A DNA stretch of 64,000 nucleotides, taken from the NCBI GenBank assembly GCA_030141605.1, contig JAQGDQ010000194.1, positions 186,001-250,000 on the forward strand, read 5' to 3'. Made by a program: the position numbers and the translations under genes. How positions within the stretch are numbered: position 1 is the stretch's first letter; each line of letters starts with the position of its first letter. Source of the DNA: Tubiluchus corallicola. Lineage: Eukaryota; Animalia; Priapulida. The notes beneath the pieces were generated by a model. The model made no database searches. It was not told where the DNA came from and was given only the letters and a program-made list of their open reading frames with translations. Below, in pieces: positions 26,334 through 40,524 of the stretch.

Positions 26334-27787
26334 AAATTATATTTCTACTACAGATCATATTATGGGTCTTTTCAAAACAACATTCATTTTGTTCTCTTTT
26401 GTTTTTTTTAAAAATATGCTTTAGTTATATATTTAATTTAGATAATTTAGACACAATGGAAAATTTAAAGACATGTTTTGTGTCACTCTCAAGTTTTCAG
26501 GTTCTCGGAATTATTCACTTGATCAATATGATCACTGCTTGGGCAAAACCTGGAATTCCAGTAGTTGAAAATCAAGTCGACTGGCATCGCTTTACATGTG
26601 TGCGTATTTATGGTTACCACAGCCCAATGAGAGTATAAAGCCAACTTAAACGAAACAAAAGCGGATTTTGACAAAATCTGGAGATTACAGAAGTTGGGAA
26701 GTAATTTAGTTGAAAATTGTTTATTTATCTTTATCTTAATAACCCGTAGTCTAGAAACCTGTTATTTATTGTCTTAGTAATGTTTTAGTCAATGCTTTGA
26801 AAGCAAAATATGACAATTAAACAAAACATGTATAAAAGCTCCAAAGCAGTGATACAGTAATAGGGGCTAGGCAAATACGCTAAAAATTCTGCTTATTAAT
26901 AATATAGGAAATGAATTTGCATAGTTTCAATGGCACAACTGAGAGGAAGGGGAGGACGGGGAGGACAATCTTCCCTCTAGGTCTCTTTTCAGAGAGCAGA
27001 CTTTCATTAATAATGTAGAAAGGTGTTATGAAGCCTATCGCTTGTCCACAGCAGGTAAACATTATTGTCTAATTTGCCTGCGATAATTTTACACGTTACA
27101 CGTTGTAATTTGATAATTATAATTTGCTCATCGTGTCATAGACATAATGACTTTTGCATTTTTAGAAATCGTCCAATTTTCCAGATCAGCTGTTCAATGC
27201 TGGTATGTGATTTTCCTAGCATTAATTTTTATCAAACATTTAAACGTTGTTTGACAAGTTTGTCTATTTTTGTTAACAGAAAGCAAAACCCTGACATAAT
27301 TTAAATTTTACTAGGAAGAGTCTGTTTATAACACTCATACAATTCTTATAATATTTTTTACAGCAATTTTTTCACTAGTGTTGTATTATTCTGTTTGTTT
27401 CCGTACAAATGACTTATGCAACTACAATGCTACTTTAGTCATAAGTAGCTTTAGAACATTATCAGACTCATTTATTTTGGTATAGTCTTTATATAGTCTT
27501 AACTACCTAAGCTGTATTTAAGCTCTGCTGCCACTTAATGATGATAACTTATTGCAATGAGTGGTACCGGTTTTCTAGTAACAATTATTTTTTTTTAATA
27601 TTTGGCCAGTAGACATAAGCAAAATATGTTTGATTTTGGTACTTCAATTCGTAAAGCTATAACTATGTTTACAAATGCGATGAAATCACATTACCTAAAA
27701 TAAAAAATGACCATAATCAAGTGCAATTATAACATTTTACTAAAGCAGGTTATATAAAATTTGGGTTTCAAATTAATAAATTCAAAC

Positions 27788-27994
27788 CTGGTTCACATTT
27801 TGCCTTTGCACCAGGTCCAACTCTGGTCCCATTGATTTCATACCCATGTTTGTTGACACACCATGAGTATCTTGAACTCGGATCAACTTGCAAAGGAAAG
27901 TAATAACCGGATAATGTGCACTGTGGGATGAAGTATCCCACTGTTATGTTTAATAATGTTTGTGACGTCGGAAATACTTGCTCAAGAAGACAAC
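27788..27994 (-). CDS. Exon 11: thyroglobulin type-1 domain, 4-Cys form
   Basis: Acceptor TTTCAG, donor G|GTTTGA, 207 nt, phase 1-1. GCLLEQ...YFIPQCTLSGYYFPLQVDPSSRYSWCVNKHGYEINGTRVGPGAKAKCEP. Confidence 0.9.
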
Positions 27995-29130
27995 CTGAAA
28001 TGAAAAAGGTCTGCAATTTATAAAATAAAATTTAAAAAAATATGAGTTAAATTTTATATCTATTTAACATTATATATATATATTATATATATAAGTCATA
28101 TATCTGGAGTTATTCATTCAGACATTAGTGTCCAGTAAGTTTCTTACAGAATAAAGACAAGTCACAATTTGGAGTATGGGGACGTTAAATTGTCTATTAG
28201 TGTTACAGTCCAGTCATTCTTAGGCAGTGCTATATTTCAGTCATTTAAAAGTAACATGAAAGAAGTATAATTGATTTAGAAAAACTATGTAATAGGCCTT
28301 TCTATAGAATGCTTAGTATTTTGTGTGGTGTCAAATGCATTTTTTCGATCATGAACTTGTAAGTTTCTGAAATACATGAATCACTCCAAATTGATGCTAC
28401 ACATCTTTTTCGGAAGTGCATTTGCGGACAGGTATGAAAACTTGTATGAAAACTGCATGATCCACCTGGCCAAGCAGCTTGTCAAAGGTAGTGACGTTGC
28501 ATTGATTACCAATTAAACAATTAACTTACTTGAACTGCTTTCCAAATTTGGAAAATTGACTAATTTGTTAGTTGTTTTCAATACATCACTGCACGAAAAC
28601 TTGTAACACAGGATGTTACTACTTATCATATTTACTTACATCTTTTTTCAAGCACTGATTAGCCTGATCTTAAACATTTACAAAATAAAAAACATTTTGT
28701 GCCTGAAATTATTAATCAAATAAGGGAAAAAGCCTGACCTAATGATTAAATGTAGGTCAAATGCTAATACCCTGCATACGCTAAGCCTTTCATGTTCCAT
28801 ATTACATATTTAAATTCACACATTCACAACCGATTAAGTGAAAGTATGGAATAAAAGAATTAAAAATTTTTGCTGGCTAGCATCCTAAGACATTTCTAGC
28901 TAACTGAGACATCCTAAGCTAACTTTCTCTCCAGTACTAGTTTTCATTCTGGGTAGTTATTTAGCAAGGTAATTGTGTTTACCAGCACAATCTACATGTC
29001 CGTATCATCTCAAATAGTCAACTGTCTTGTAACTTAGTGATGCTTTGCCAATCAATATAGTTTAAGTTTTACCGAAAAGTGCTATGAACACGGCTAAGAA
29101 CAATATTTAAAAAAACAAGAACATGATTAC

Positions 29131-29277
29131 CTTTGACAGATCTAAAACAAACAGTGCCACAATTTGTAAAACCACAACAATTTTCTGCTTGTGCACAGTC
29201 ATCATTGGTTGTGCATTGCTTGGTCGGACAAATAAGCCCCTCAAAGTAATCAGTGCTATGACAGCTACCAATTTTCA
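29131..29277 (-). CDS. Exon 10: WAP domain
   Basis: Acceptor TAATAAAG, donor G|GTAATC, 147 nt, phase 1-1. KIGSCHSTDYFEGLICPTKQCTTNDDCAQAENCCGFTNCGTVCFRSVK. Confidence 0.9.
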
Positions 29278-32116
29278 CTTTATTAAAAATAAAAAAGGAC
29301 AATTAATTGTAACTTGCTAAAGTCTAATTAAACCTTATATTACAAGTTCATATTACAATATTAGAATTATTTTACTGTAAATCTACTGTAAAACTGTCCT
29401 TTCAATTAATTGCTGCATTATTCACCATCGCATATTCAAACAAAATCGCAAATTTTGTTGTGTAATGCGAATGATACAATCTTAGTACTAATGAAGACAT
29501 ATCTTTTTATACGTGGATACAGCAAGGCACAGCATAATTACCTTAGTTGCTTAAGATAATTTTATATCTGATTGTGTGTGAGTGTGGTTTTTTAGACACA
29601 CTGGCAGCACCTACTAACCAAAAAGTACTTGACGCCATCAAACTGAATTTTCATGAGATCGGTTGCATCAGGGAGGTGTCATTCTAATTTAAATACCTCT
29701 TTGATTTCAGCCAGATAACACATGTCGACCAATGTACTGTTACATAATTTACGGGATCATTTTGCTGTTTCGGCAGAAAGACATTTATTAAAGATTAAGA
29801 AACGACTTCAGTTTTTGAAATTACTAATCTTTTACTAAGGTTTTTTCACATCGGCAATTTAACGTTAGAATTATTCTTGTATGATAAAATGATTGCATTT
29901 CTCAACAAGGTAAGCTAGATTTTGTAGATGTAAGCTGAGCTTCACAGTATTTTACAATAGGGATCGGGGAGTAACATAAATCGTACAAGTTAAAACTTGC
30001 ATCAATCCCAATTCCAAATTCCTGCAGGAATTCATTCAATCTTAGCTATTCACGATGAAAAGAGTTTGGGCAGATGTGCACACTTATTTGAACTTAATCC
30101 TGTACATTAATGTATTAGTTTACAATGTTAATAAAATTATACTAGTCATCATTTAAGTGTTTATGTTACAATTTATGTCACAATGACAACGACAGGTGAA
30201 ATATCTTATGAAGATTAAATTTAAGGGTAAATTTAATTATCTTATACGCCATTCTCTGTCCTCCTTCTTCGGACCACTTTAAGGTATAGAGTTATAAAAT
30301 TCACTTATTTGATGTATAACGTACATGTTTTTTCTCTTTTGGAAAACTACACTAATATGAGCTACACTAAAAGGCTTACATGAAAAAAATTTTATATCTG
30401 TATTTGTTTAGTAAAAAATTATAAATTCATAAAATGTATAAAATTTGCTGCTTTTCCCAATTCACGTGACAAATGCAGCTTTTAGCACCAGGTTTTTAAC
30501 AATATTGAAACACAAATTTGGCTATTTTTGCAAAATACAGTGACTTAAAAAGTGAATATTTATCCATGTCATATTGAAAGTTAACATTGAGCAAGTGACA
30601 TGATATACATAGCCTATGTAACACCTATTAAACTTTGCATGGTAGCTTAGATGCTTCTAGAAAAAAGCAATTGTTAAGCGGTAACTTGACAATTGTAATT
30701 ATCAATTCTATAATACACTAATGAAAATTAAAATTGAACTCATTTGGAAATCTTAGTAAACCTTAAATTATAAATTACTCATTTTAACTTCTCCAGTGAG
30801 TACAGATTTAAATGCCACACAAGTGTTAAGATAAAATGATTATTTTGATCGACTAGGATCAGAGGCGTAGCATGGGTGAGGGGGGAAGCAATCCCAAAGC
30901 GCAAGAGTGAGAGGGTGCATAATTTTTCTAGAGTTTAATAACTGTTAATTATTAATTACTAATCCGTTATTAACAAAGCAATTTAAAAAAGTTTACAAAC
31001 TACGACAAAATTGCTTAGTCAAAGATCATCGTAGGTGACTTAATTACTCCATATGACCTAAAAAAGGCTAATGCTGTTGCAGTACTTAACAGCATGTGCA
31101 GGTATTCTGAGACTTAGCAGATCGATAATTTTAGGAGAAACAGTGGCGTTTCTCTAATGCCAATTATATTAGTGTGAAAACCTGTTAGTGTTCTGTATGT
31201 TTCATAATCTTTCCATGTTTTAATGGTGGAGCTGAATGTTGAAATACTATCGTGTTATGCATAGAAAAGAGTTATCAAACTCAGGTTCACCCATGAAACA
31301 AATAATCGAAACATTAAAAGGATAGGACGCCAGAAATTTTTTCCCAAGAGCACCACAAGCAAGTTGCTAAGCAACGACGGACTTGGATGGCGATGTTGGA
31401 GTGAAAGTAGTGTCATAGGCAGGAGGTATACGGCATGGGTGCAGTAATAATTTTACATTTTTAGGAGTATGGTAATACTCATGACAGCTAGGACTCCAGT
31501 TGTCCAAAAGATTTAGCACCCAAAATTATATCCTTTCAATTTTCGAGTGCTATTTACCATTTCCCAGCTATCCCAATGTAGCTCCTGATGTAGACCCAAG
31601 CGTAAAAGCAGTCAGCATTTTTGCTTTACCAAAGTATACACTGTGAAGGCGAGAAAGATTTATTTTACACTAATTGCGGTTAAATGTTAGCGTCGTTCTC
31701 ATTCTGATTATGTCATTCTCATGCACTAGCATCAAAGTATGAAACATGGTGGCCTTTACGGCAATATACATGATCAAAATTTGAAATAAAATCGTAATTT
31801 ATTCAATTAATAAGCTTATTTTATTGAAACATTAATGTACATGCTTTGCGTAATCTGTCTAATATGTGAAAAACCTCAAAGTCAGTTAGGAATGTATAAG
31901 CCTTTAAATAAAGCTGTACAAGCCTAGATCACATAAAAAAGAAACTGGTAGCTTTGCTGATGAAATTAATCATTGTATGTATTAGTAGTTGTCTCAGATT
32001 TTTTTCACCTATCAAAAATTTTGAAAGTCGCCAGTTGTATACTTGAATATAAAATGCACATTTACCATTGATATATCAAAAAAGTGCTTCAAGAAATTAT
32101 TAAAAATAATATTTAC

Positions 32117-32266
32117 AAAAACAGTCATTGTTGAGTGCTCTTCTTAAGCGCGGAAACAGCTTCATATCACATTTTAATTCACATAGATTGTCGTATTTCT
32201 TTCCATTAGTTCCACACACAGGATCCAACTTTTCACCACATGCACAATATAAAGTTGCACGACCCT
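32117..32266 (-). CDS. Exon 9: Kazal-type inhibitor domain
   Basis: Acceptor TATTTAG, donor T|GTAAAT, 150 nt, phase 1-1. GRATLYCACGEKLDPVCGTNGKKYDNLCELKCDMKLFPRLRRALNNDCF has the PVCG.NG..Y.N.C signature. Confidence 0.9.
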
Positions 32267-33269
32267 CTAAATAAAAAGCAAATTTAAAGTTTAAATAATA
32301 AGTCTTAAGTGCAGTTCTGATTTCAGTCCATAAAGTCCAACGAATCCAGTGCAATGTATTTTTTAGAATCATTTTGGGTTCTATTCTAACAATGAGGGAT
32401 TTACAGTGTTCAGCCTATTATATAAATGCCCAAGTAAGGAATTAATTCAATGTTTTTTTAGGTTTGTATGGTGGATATATTCAAACGTTGGACATAGAAA
32501 TATGCATTTGTAACTCATCTTCACAGTTTTTGAAATGATTAAAATCAGTTTTTATCGTAGTAGAAGGTATCAGTTTCTGAAAGTGATACAAACCACCTTT
32601 TGTAATTGGGTTCCGAGGTAGTGCCCGGCTATTACCGTACTTACACATTTGAAGTCATCCTGCAAGTGTAGCAGAGACAATTTCTTACAGTTGCTTAAAA
32701 ATAATTGTTGTTGAAATTTTTTAGATACTGACTACAGCAGTTCTTGCACATGCAAATCATTGATAGAAAGGCAGTCGTTGTAAGATGTATAAAAGAATTT
32801 TGTAAAATCAATTCAAAGCAACACTAAAATCACTTAGCCAAAAGAATTGCAGAATTTCCTTCTAAGTCCTAGCAAAGTGCTATGTGAAAATTTATGTATC
32901 TTGCATTTGGTGAAAATGATGAAAAATTTAAATGCTAACTTGACTGATCTGTGTAGTGCATACCCATGAAAACTAAACAAACTTAAAAACACCTAATGTC
33001 TAATGGACTACTAAGCCACTGCTTGCTTGTATTACAAGTTGTAAATTATAATCAAACTCTATATAAACATATTCTCCCCTCACTTGAAAAAATTAACGAT
33101 TTCAGTCTGCCTTTCTTGAGAAGTAATACAAATTGAAAAGGTTATTTTCAAAAGTATCATACAAAGATTGTTGTTATATCTGATTACAATGCTAAATTAC
33201 TTTACTGCACGCTGCGTTTTGTATGGTGTACGAAAAGTACTTTCACAGATTCATTTGAGCTGCAGAAAC

Positions 33270-33328
<59 letters not shown>
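33270..33328. repeat. (AG)n microsatellite
   Basis: Read directly. Confidence 0.95.
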
Positions 33329-33332
<4 letters not shown>

Positions 33333-34171
33333 ATTTTTTGGATTTAACACTATATTTCAAACATAATTTCCATATCCAACTTCCATATAAACAATAACTA
33401 CACTAAAACACTAAATAACACAAAAATTACAAAAGGAAATATATAAAATGCATAAAAATTACAAAATTTCGCTAATGATAAAAAATGAGGAGCATATCCA
33501 AGCATGGAAGGTAAAAAATACACATTTCCAACAAATACAACATAGACTATATATCAATTACCTCCTTTGTCACAGAACTGTACGCCACATATCACTAACA
33601 TGATAGTGATGACTATTGCACCAGAATTGATAATTCTTTTAGAAATACAGTTTCAACTGTTGTTCAACATAGTATACAACCTATATGTACCCTTACGACA
33701 TAATATATAATACAGTAGATGCCGTTTATTAGACTCACGGTTAACAGAAGCAGTTGCCCAAGTGACTCCAAAACACCTGGTACGGCCCACACCTATTCAA
33801 ATGTATATAAAAACTGTCGATAATAAAACCAAATGACTCCGCATAATTGGCTAATTTTTTGTCTTCACATGCTTCATTAAGGCACTTACGTGCGACCAAT
33901 AAGCTTTCAGTACTTTTATGTCACCTTAGTTCACTTTTGTGCCCTAATACATGTAGTAATAATCATCTTAAGTACCCTTTTGTAAGCAGGAACGTTTACA
34001 GCCATCTCAATGCTGTCCAGGAGTCCCTCTGTAACACATCAATCAGAAATGCTGCAAGTGAAAGGCCTAATGGCACCAATTGACAAGAAAAATGACATGA
34101 ACATTGAGACTAACCTCAGTGGAAATTTATTGGGCCTATACAAATCACCTGGCAATTAACCTATGATGGGT

Positions 34172-35397
34172 GTATATATGACCTACGAGGCTACAGCTCC
34201 GACGATTGTACCATTCTCGATGGTCTCGACGCACAGGTTCGCATCTGGGGGTTTATTTTCCAAATAGGTCCACCGGGTAGAACTAGGGCGAAAAACCAAA
34301 ATAGGCTTTTTTCGCAAAACTTATAACTATTTTTTCTAGAGAAATGGAAAGTGCCGGGGGTGGTGCCAGCAATAGTTCCCATTCAACGGTCGGTGTAACA
34401 GTCATATTTAGATTTAGCGGGAGGGCCATTAATACCCCCTTATAGGCATTTACGCAGACCTAACCAAACAAATATGGCAGAAAACTGCTCCAGAAAAAAA
34501 TCAATTTGTGCAACTGTTTAGGCATGTTGGGAAAAAATAAGCAATCCGACAGAAAGAGGACGAAATGATCCATAAAATGTTGAAGGTTTTGTTGACAGAG
34601 AGGTCCACTAGACGGAACGGAAAGGGTGTATTCAAAGTTTATTTTCAATGCCCCTAAGCTGCACGGTATTTGGAACATCCATTGCTTTGAGTTTGAGAAA
34701 TTTTGTGGCTGTTCCAGGTATTGTTGTCACCCGCCATTCTACAATGTCATAGATTTTACATGTAAGTAAATTTTGTTAGCCTATTATCATATGAGAGGCA
34801 GCAAACAGAACAATGTGGAATGTTCACACATATTATAGCACCCAGTTTCAACTTTGTGGAAAATGTTTTGAATGGTTTTCTTGTGATGCTGTGCTGTTGG
34901 TGTTTCTGCTGTAGGTGTCATCAAGGTTGCCGTCATCATCACCATCGTCATCAACATCATGATCACTATGTGATGGGTGTTGTGTGGTGTGGTGGTAGAG
35001 GCGTGCTATAGGTGTTGTGTTATGGTATGGTGGAGTGGTAAGGTGCGTGTGTGTGTGGTGTTCATGGAATGGTGTGGATGGTTTGGTTTAGTGTGGTCTG
35101 GGTGTTGTGGTATATATGATGTGGTGCTGGTGGAGTGTATGGGTGGTGTAGTAGGTTTATTTTGATGTGCTGGGGTGATGGAGCATGAGTTGTGTGGTGT
35201 GAGTTGTGTTACTGTAGTGTGATGGGTGTGGTTTGTTGTGAGTGGTGTCCTACGGTGTGGTGTGCTGGTGTTGCGTGGTGTGATGTGGTGGGTATGGTGT
35301 GGCTTGGGTAGTGTATTATGAGTGGGGTGGAGGGTGGTTTTGTGGTGTGGTGTGGGTTGTTGTTGTTGTGGAGTTATATTATTTTGATTACAGCTAG
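34172..35397 (+). mobile_element. Older, diverged relative of the Helitron family (long form, copy D)
   Basis: CGAGGCTACAGCTCCGACGA head and collinear diverged body, shared TATTATAGCAC..AGTTTCAACTTTGTG segment, decayed GT-rich tract, and CTAG at 35394-35397. Confidence 0.65.
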
Positions 35398-37439
35398 TTA
35401 AGAAGTAAGTAATTAAGAAGTAAGAAGCCAAGTAATTTCTGTAGCTTAAAATGTAATGAATAACTTAAAAGCCAAGTGAATCACTACTGTCATCACCTCA
35501 TTATCCACATAATACATAAATCACAAAATGTCAGTCAACCAGCAGCGATCCCCCTAGTGACAGCCTATTAGCTCCCCCTTTGTCTTGCCTCCTAATTCAT
35601 CTGAGTTGCGAAATGAAAGCGCCTCAGAGGCTCGTGCAGAAATTGCATCGAAATATACTACGAGAGTGAAAGTCAAGTGGGCATTATTAACATTATTTTT
35701 ATTCCTCCAGTTATATAAGATTTCTGCAACTAAAATTGTCTAGCAGTAGTACAGAGACATTATAGTGGTGAAACATGCTTGAGTAATAGTTATGTAGATG
35801 TGCAGTGCCTGGAAAGATTAAAAACAGTCAGATTCATCAGTTTCTCCAAGCCGAAAACTCAAACAAATTTTCCGGATGGAAAAATCTCTCCCAGCTAGGT
35901 AAATTAATAAAATTTAAGTCCTAAGGTAATTAGTTTCCTATTTTTTTTTAATTAAAGCCTTTATGCCATTACAAGAGTTTGCCAAATGCTTGCATTAATG
36001 TTTATTAAGGTTGAACATCCAGTATTTGGCTGACCTCTTAATTGTCATTCACAGTTTAACTGGAGTAATTAATTTACATTGTTTTAAACCTAATATTGCT
36101 TATACGACTCTTTAAAACTGATCTAATATGATCTTGAATGTATGATAATTTTGTAGATTTTATAAAAGATACTTTTTCGAATAATACTTTCCTAGTACCA
36201 GTTTAACTTTTCCAATACTAAACTTTCCTAGCACCAAACCTGTTCCGTACCATTTTTACTTTGTACCAGATTTACTTGTACCAAAAATGCTTGACAACTT
36301 TTGCCAGTACCGTATTAAATCTTCCCAGTACCACAATTTCCCAGTACCCAATTTTCCTAGCAATAAAATTTTGCTGTACTATAAATTTGTAGCAGTAATT
36401 ACTAGGACTAAATTTACTTGTACCAAACTTACTAGTACCAAATTTTTCCATGTTTTTCATTTATTTACATGCTGTAAGCACTTACAGCGATTGAGTTTGT
36501 GAGAATGTGTGTTGCGTCATCAAGTTGGGCGGGGCTATATGCAGCTTTCAATCTATCTATTATCTAAATGCATATGCATAAGAGGGTAGGCAAGGAAAAC
36601 CCTATCTAGCATGTGAAATGGCTGGAACTTGTTTTTCTCCATGTTGTAAGAACTTCTAACATCTTTTAAAGAGTACTCACATTGTACAAAACCAGGTACA
36701 GATAAATACAGAAATCAGTACAAATATTTTTTATTGTAATTCACTTTGATGTCTAATATATTTTATGTTGTATTTCAATATGAGGTCTAACATTGTAAAG
36801 CTGTCCTAAATAAGTAATTGCATCATGAAGTTTTAATCATTCGTTCTTTGTTTTTATTTATCTCTAGTTAATAACTACAGCAAAGATCGAAAAAAATACT
36901 AATAATATCAGCAAATAAGATATAACTAGAACTTTTTTTATAAGTTTGTGACATAGTGACGAAGAGCACTGTGCCGATTACAATTTCCCGACACATACTT
37001 CTATACTAGTAATACTAAAGCTATGGTTTAATAGTTTCAGTCGGTTAATTGGGACAAAACACTTCCGTCTCAAAGTGAGTCTATTAAGAGGCACCTATTG
37101 TATTTCAAATTAGAAGTCCAAGCTTAGTAGTTATAGGTCTTGTAATACACACGACAATAAAAAAAAACTGCGAATTTAAACATTTATGTGCAACTTTTAG
37201 TTTTAAGATAATAATCATTATTATGCTTCCAAGTTGCAAGGTTGTAGAAACTATTACAGTACGAATTGAATAAACACTACTTTACCTCCAAAGCACAAAA
37301 ATTAAACTAGCTATAGTAACCTATATACATATATAGTTATGTTATAGCTATATATAACCATAGTTATATAGTTCCGTAGCAGTCAAAATCTCGTTTCTCA
37401 TATTTGCATCTTTTGCTGATTTTAAGAATGACTTGGTAG

Positions 37440-38390
37440 TTGCTAGGTGGACTTTTATAGGATGTAAACAATAACCCGCATTATTTGGCATAGCTTCGCA
37501 TAATGCTATTTATCTTTTAACTAAGTCCTTTTCTGGCTGAGCTATAATTTTCAACACTAAACTTATTGAATATACTATCATATCAATTGGAGGAATACCA
37601 GATATAAAGAATTTAATTTTTGATTTTTCATTTCAGTAGAGACTGCAGATATATAGATTGTACCATCATCTGCATATTTAAATTTGGCTAAGTTTTCAGC
37701 AAAATTTACTTCATTAAACATTTCAGCTAAATAAAGTATAAACAATAAAGGTGGCAACACTAAGCCTTCAGGGACAATCATCAGTCCATTTATCCACACA
37801 CTAACAAAGGCTTTTTGAAAATCACAAAATGTACCAATGCCAGGGTGTCCCTCAAGTTTATTTCTTTCAATAACTGATACCAGCCTCACTATGTATCAGT
37901 TTGTGCAAATGCTGCAAGCACATTTTATGTGAATCACATCAAAATAAAAAAGATTATGTGTAGTAGAAATATATCTGGCACTCATATAATATGAAAAGTT
38001 AAACAGTTTCCGTGTTGATACATTATATACAACTTTTAGTTTCCTAAGATTGTAAGAATAAAAATGTCTCCAAGTGGACATACAATAAAAAGTAGTGCAA
38101 TAAGCAATAAACAATTATCTGTTCACGGTTTCCATCAATGTCTATGCTTTTATCGTTCACTTGTACACTCTTTATTGCAAATTTCAACTCATCCATGGTG
38201 AACTGTTGGCTATACCAAATATCATATAGGTTCACTGTTCATCATTTTCCATATAATTATACCTGGGTTGGTCAAAATTATTATTATCCCTAAGAGGCAA
38301 CCTACAAAAACATGCTATAAGATCGTACAGTTATCCTCATCATTTACACAGCATTTATGGTACAATTTCCTTTTGGCTCTTTGCATCAAA
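37440..38390 (-). mobile_element. Decayed, internally deleted LINE RT fragment
   Basis: ORF 37578-37889 has CDFQKAF.SVW, VPEG..LPPLLF and KYADD. ORF 38044-38235 has FTMDELKFAIK. Confidence 0.75.
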
Positions 38391-38393
38391 CAC

Positions 38394-38823
<430 letters not shown>

Positions 38824-39246
38824 GTTTTACTTCTTGACAACAACGAATGTTTCAGGAGTTCCAAATAAAACTTCCTAGATGGCATGAGATACTAACATTA
38901 ATTCATATTTATATTAGAGAATTTCAGAGTATTAAATGTACTTTCTAGCACTCTAAATTTAATATTCGGATTTTTTTATTCAAATGTGTAACTAACAGGA
39001 TAAATCCCAAAGTCTGCAAATTTTCAGTTTTCATTTTGCCGCTTAGATTCCAAGTGATAGCTTACATCTAAAACTGTTAAACATGAAAACCCTAGACCAT
39101 TCATTTCTGCATAAAATTTACAAAAAGTATTCAAATCACCACAAGTTTATACATTTAACAGCTGTGCACACGATAGTACGAAATTAATACAGGAATGCAA
39201 CACTTGTTGCAAGTGATTGCCATAGCAAGTAGCATAAAAAGCTTAC

Positions 39247-39423
39247 GTGACACTCTGCCTTGTGAGATATCTCTGCTGCAACAAATTGGAGGTGCACCTG
39301 GAATATGTCTGCACCAGTATCCTCTCGGACATGGCTTTGTGTGACATGTGCGAGACCCAATAGCTGACTTCTGTTCTTGTAAAGGTGAACTGCCTACAGG
39401 GCAGGTATTAAACGGTTCTGGTT
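39247..39423 (-). CDS. Exon 8: Lustrin/WR1-type cysteine-rich domain
   Basis: Acceptor TTTATAG, donor C|GTAAGC, 177 nt, phase 1-1. EPEPFNTCPVGSSPLQEQKSAIGSRTCHTKPCPRGYWCRHIPGAPPICCSRD fits CP.G..P...C...CP.GY.C...CC. Confidence 0.88.
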
Positions 39424-39990
39424 CTATAAAAATCACAAATGTAATGCAATTTAACAAAAACTTGCAATATTTTTCAATTCATTACTACAAACAGTTGCAT
39501 TTTCTACATTAATTCTATAACAAACCATGCCACCTACCCCCAGTTCTAAAACTTGATATACATAAAAATTGCCTTAAAAACAAAATCCCAGATAAGACTG
39601 AAATGGCACGCACAACTATGACCAACACACAATTACCTTTATTTCTCATTTTGCAATTTACAAAAGCAGTTTTTTTTCAAAATGTAAATTGGCACAGGAA
39701 ACTACAACCAATTACAGCCGATATATCACAACAGTAGACTTTATATTAAGTTTTCAGCCAGTGACTTAATGAACATTCGAAAACAACAATTTGACCTAGA
39801 ACACTAAGTAATTAATAAGGTAATTATATATCAGTTTTCATAATTTTAGTCTTGTATAGCTAACGTTAGTGAAATTAGAGGCTTAGCAAAGCCATGTTAG
39901 TAATGAAAGCTGTCAGACAAAGAATGCTTACAAAATGGCAATAATAAAACACAACAAAATACTAAAACTTAAAGAAATATCTATAGCTAC

Positions 39991-40146
39991 CGTTAAATTG
40001 TGGGAATAGACAAATCTTTTCCCCTCTGCAAATGCGAGGTACAGAACAACAAAGTCTACCAGAAATAATGCAGTCTGATGTAGAATTACAGTGATCAATA
40101 CTGGGGCACTGGTTCATAAACTTAAGTTTTGGACATGTTCCTTCTT
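39991..40146 (-). CDS. Exon 7: WAP domain
   Basis: Acceptor ATTGCAG, donor G|GTAGCT, 156 nt, phase 1-1. EEGTCPKLKFMNQCPSIDHCNSTSDCIISGRLCCSVPRICRGEKICLFPQFN. Confidence 0.88.
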
Positions 40147-40430
40147 CTGCAATATAAAATAGAACTGAAAAAACTTCAGACATTTAAATTTATATTCCTA
40201 CAAAGATGCAAAAAAAACAGAAAAGAGATTTATCATTAAAAAATTTATTGTGACAGATGTCTTTGATTTCAGCAAACATGTGAAGAAGTTTGACTCTCAA
40301 GCTATTCCTGTAGATGAAGTGATGATGTAACAAGTACATAAAAAAGCTAGCATATCAAGTCATGCACAATCTAATAATATCGATTCTTTATAACAAAAAT
40401 GATATTTATGTAATTATGTAAAAAAATTAC

Positions 40431-40524
40431 CTATTTTTCGACAAATGGGCAGCTCTGGACAAAATTTCTGAAGACATTCAACCTTTTCTGTTGTACAGAC
40501 AAATCCCACACCACATGTAATTTT
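40431..40524 (-). CDS. Exon 6: rest of a follistatin-N-like Cys-rich module
   Basis: Not in the ORF track. Acceptor TAACAG, donor G|GTAATT, 94 nt, phase 0-1. KITCGVGFVCTTEKVECLQKFCPELPICRKI continues NPCE from exon 5. Confidence 0.85.

Noticed and set aside
33562-33670. Hydrophobic, signal-peptide-like stretch ending at a good donor (…GAIVITIMLVICGVQFCDKG|GTAATT), a possible start of a second gene
   Set aside because: The upstream in-frame ATG is followed by TGA, and there is no convincing acceptor. It cannot be supported without RNA data, although a two-gene split here is not excluded.
5727-34172. Idea that recombination between Helitron copies caused the WAP-TY exon duplication
   Set aside because: The paralogous exons are far more diverged than Helitron copies A and 21292-26290, so these insertions appear to post-date the duplication.
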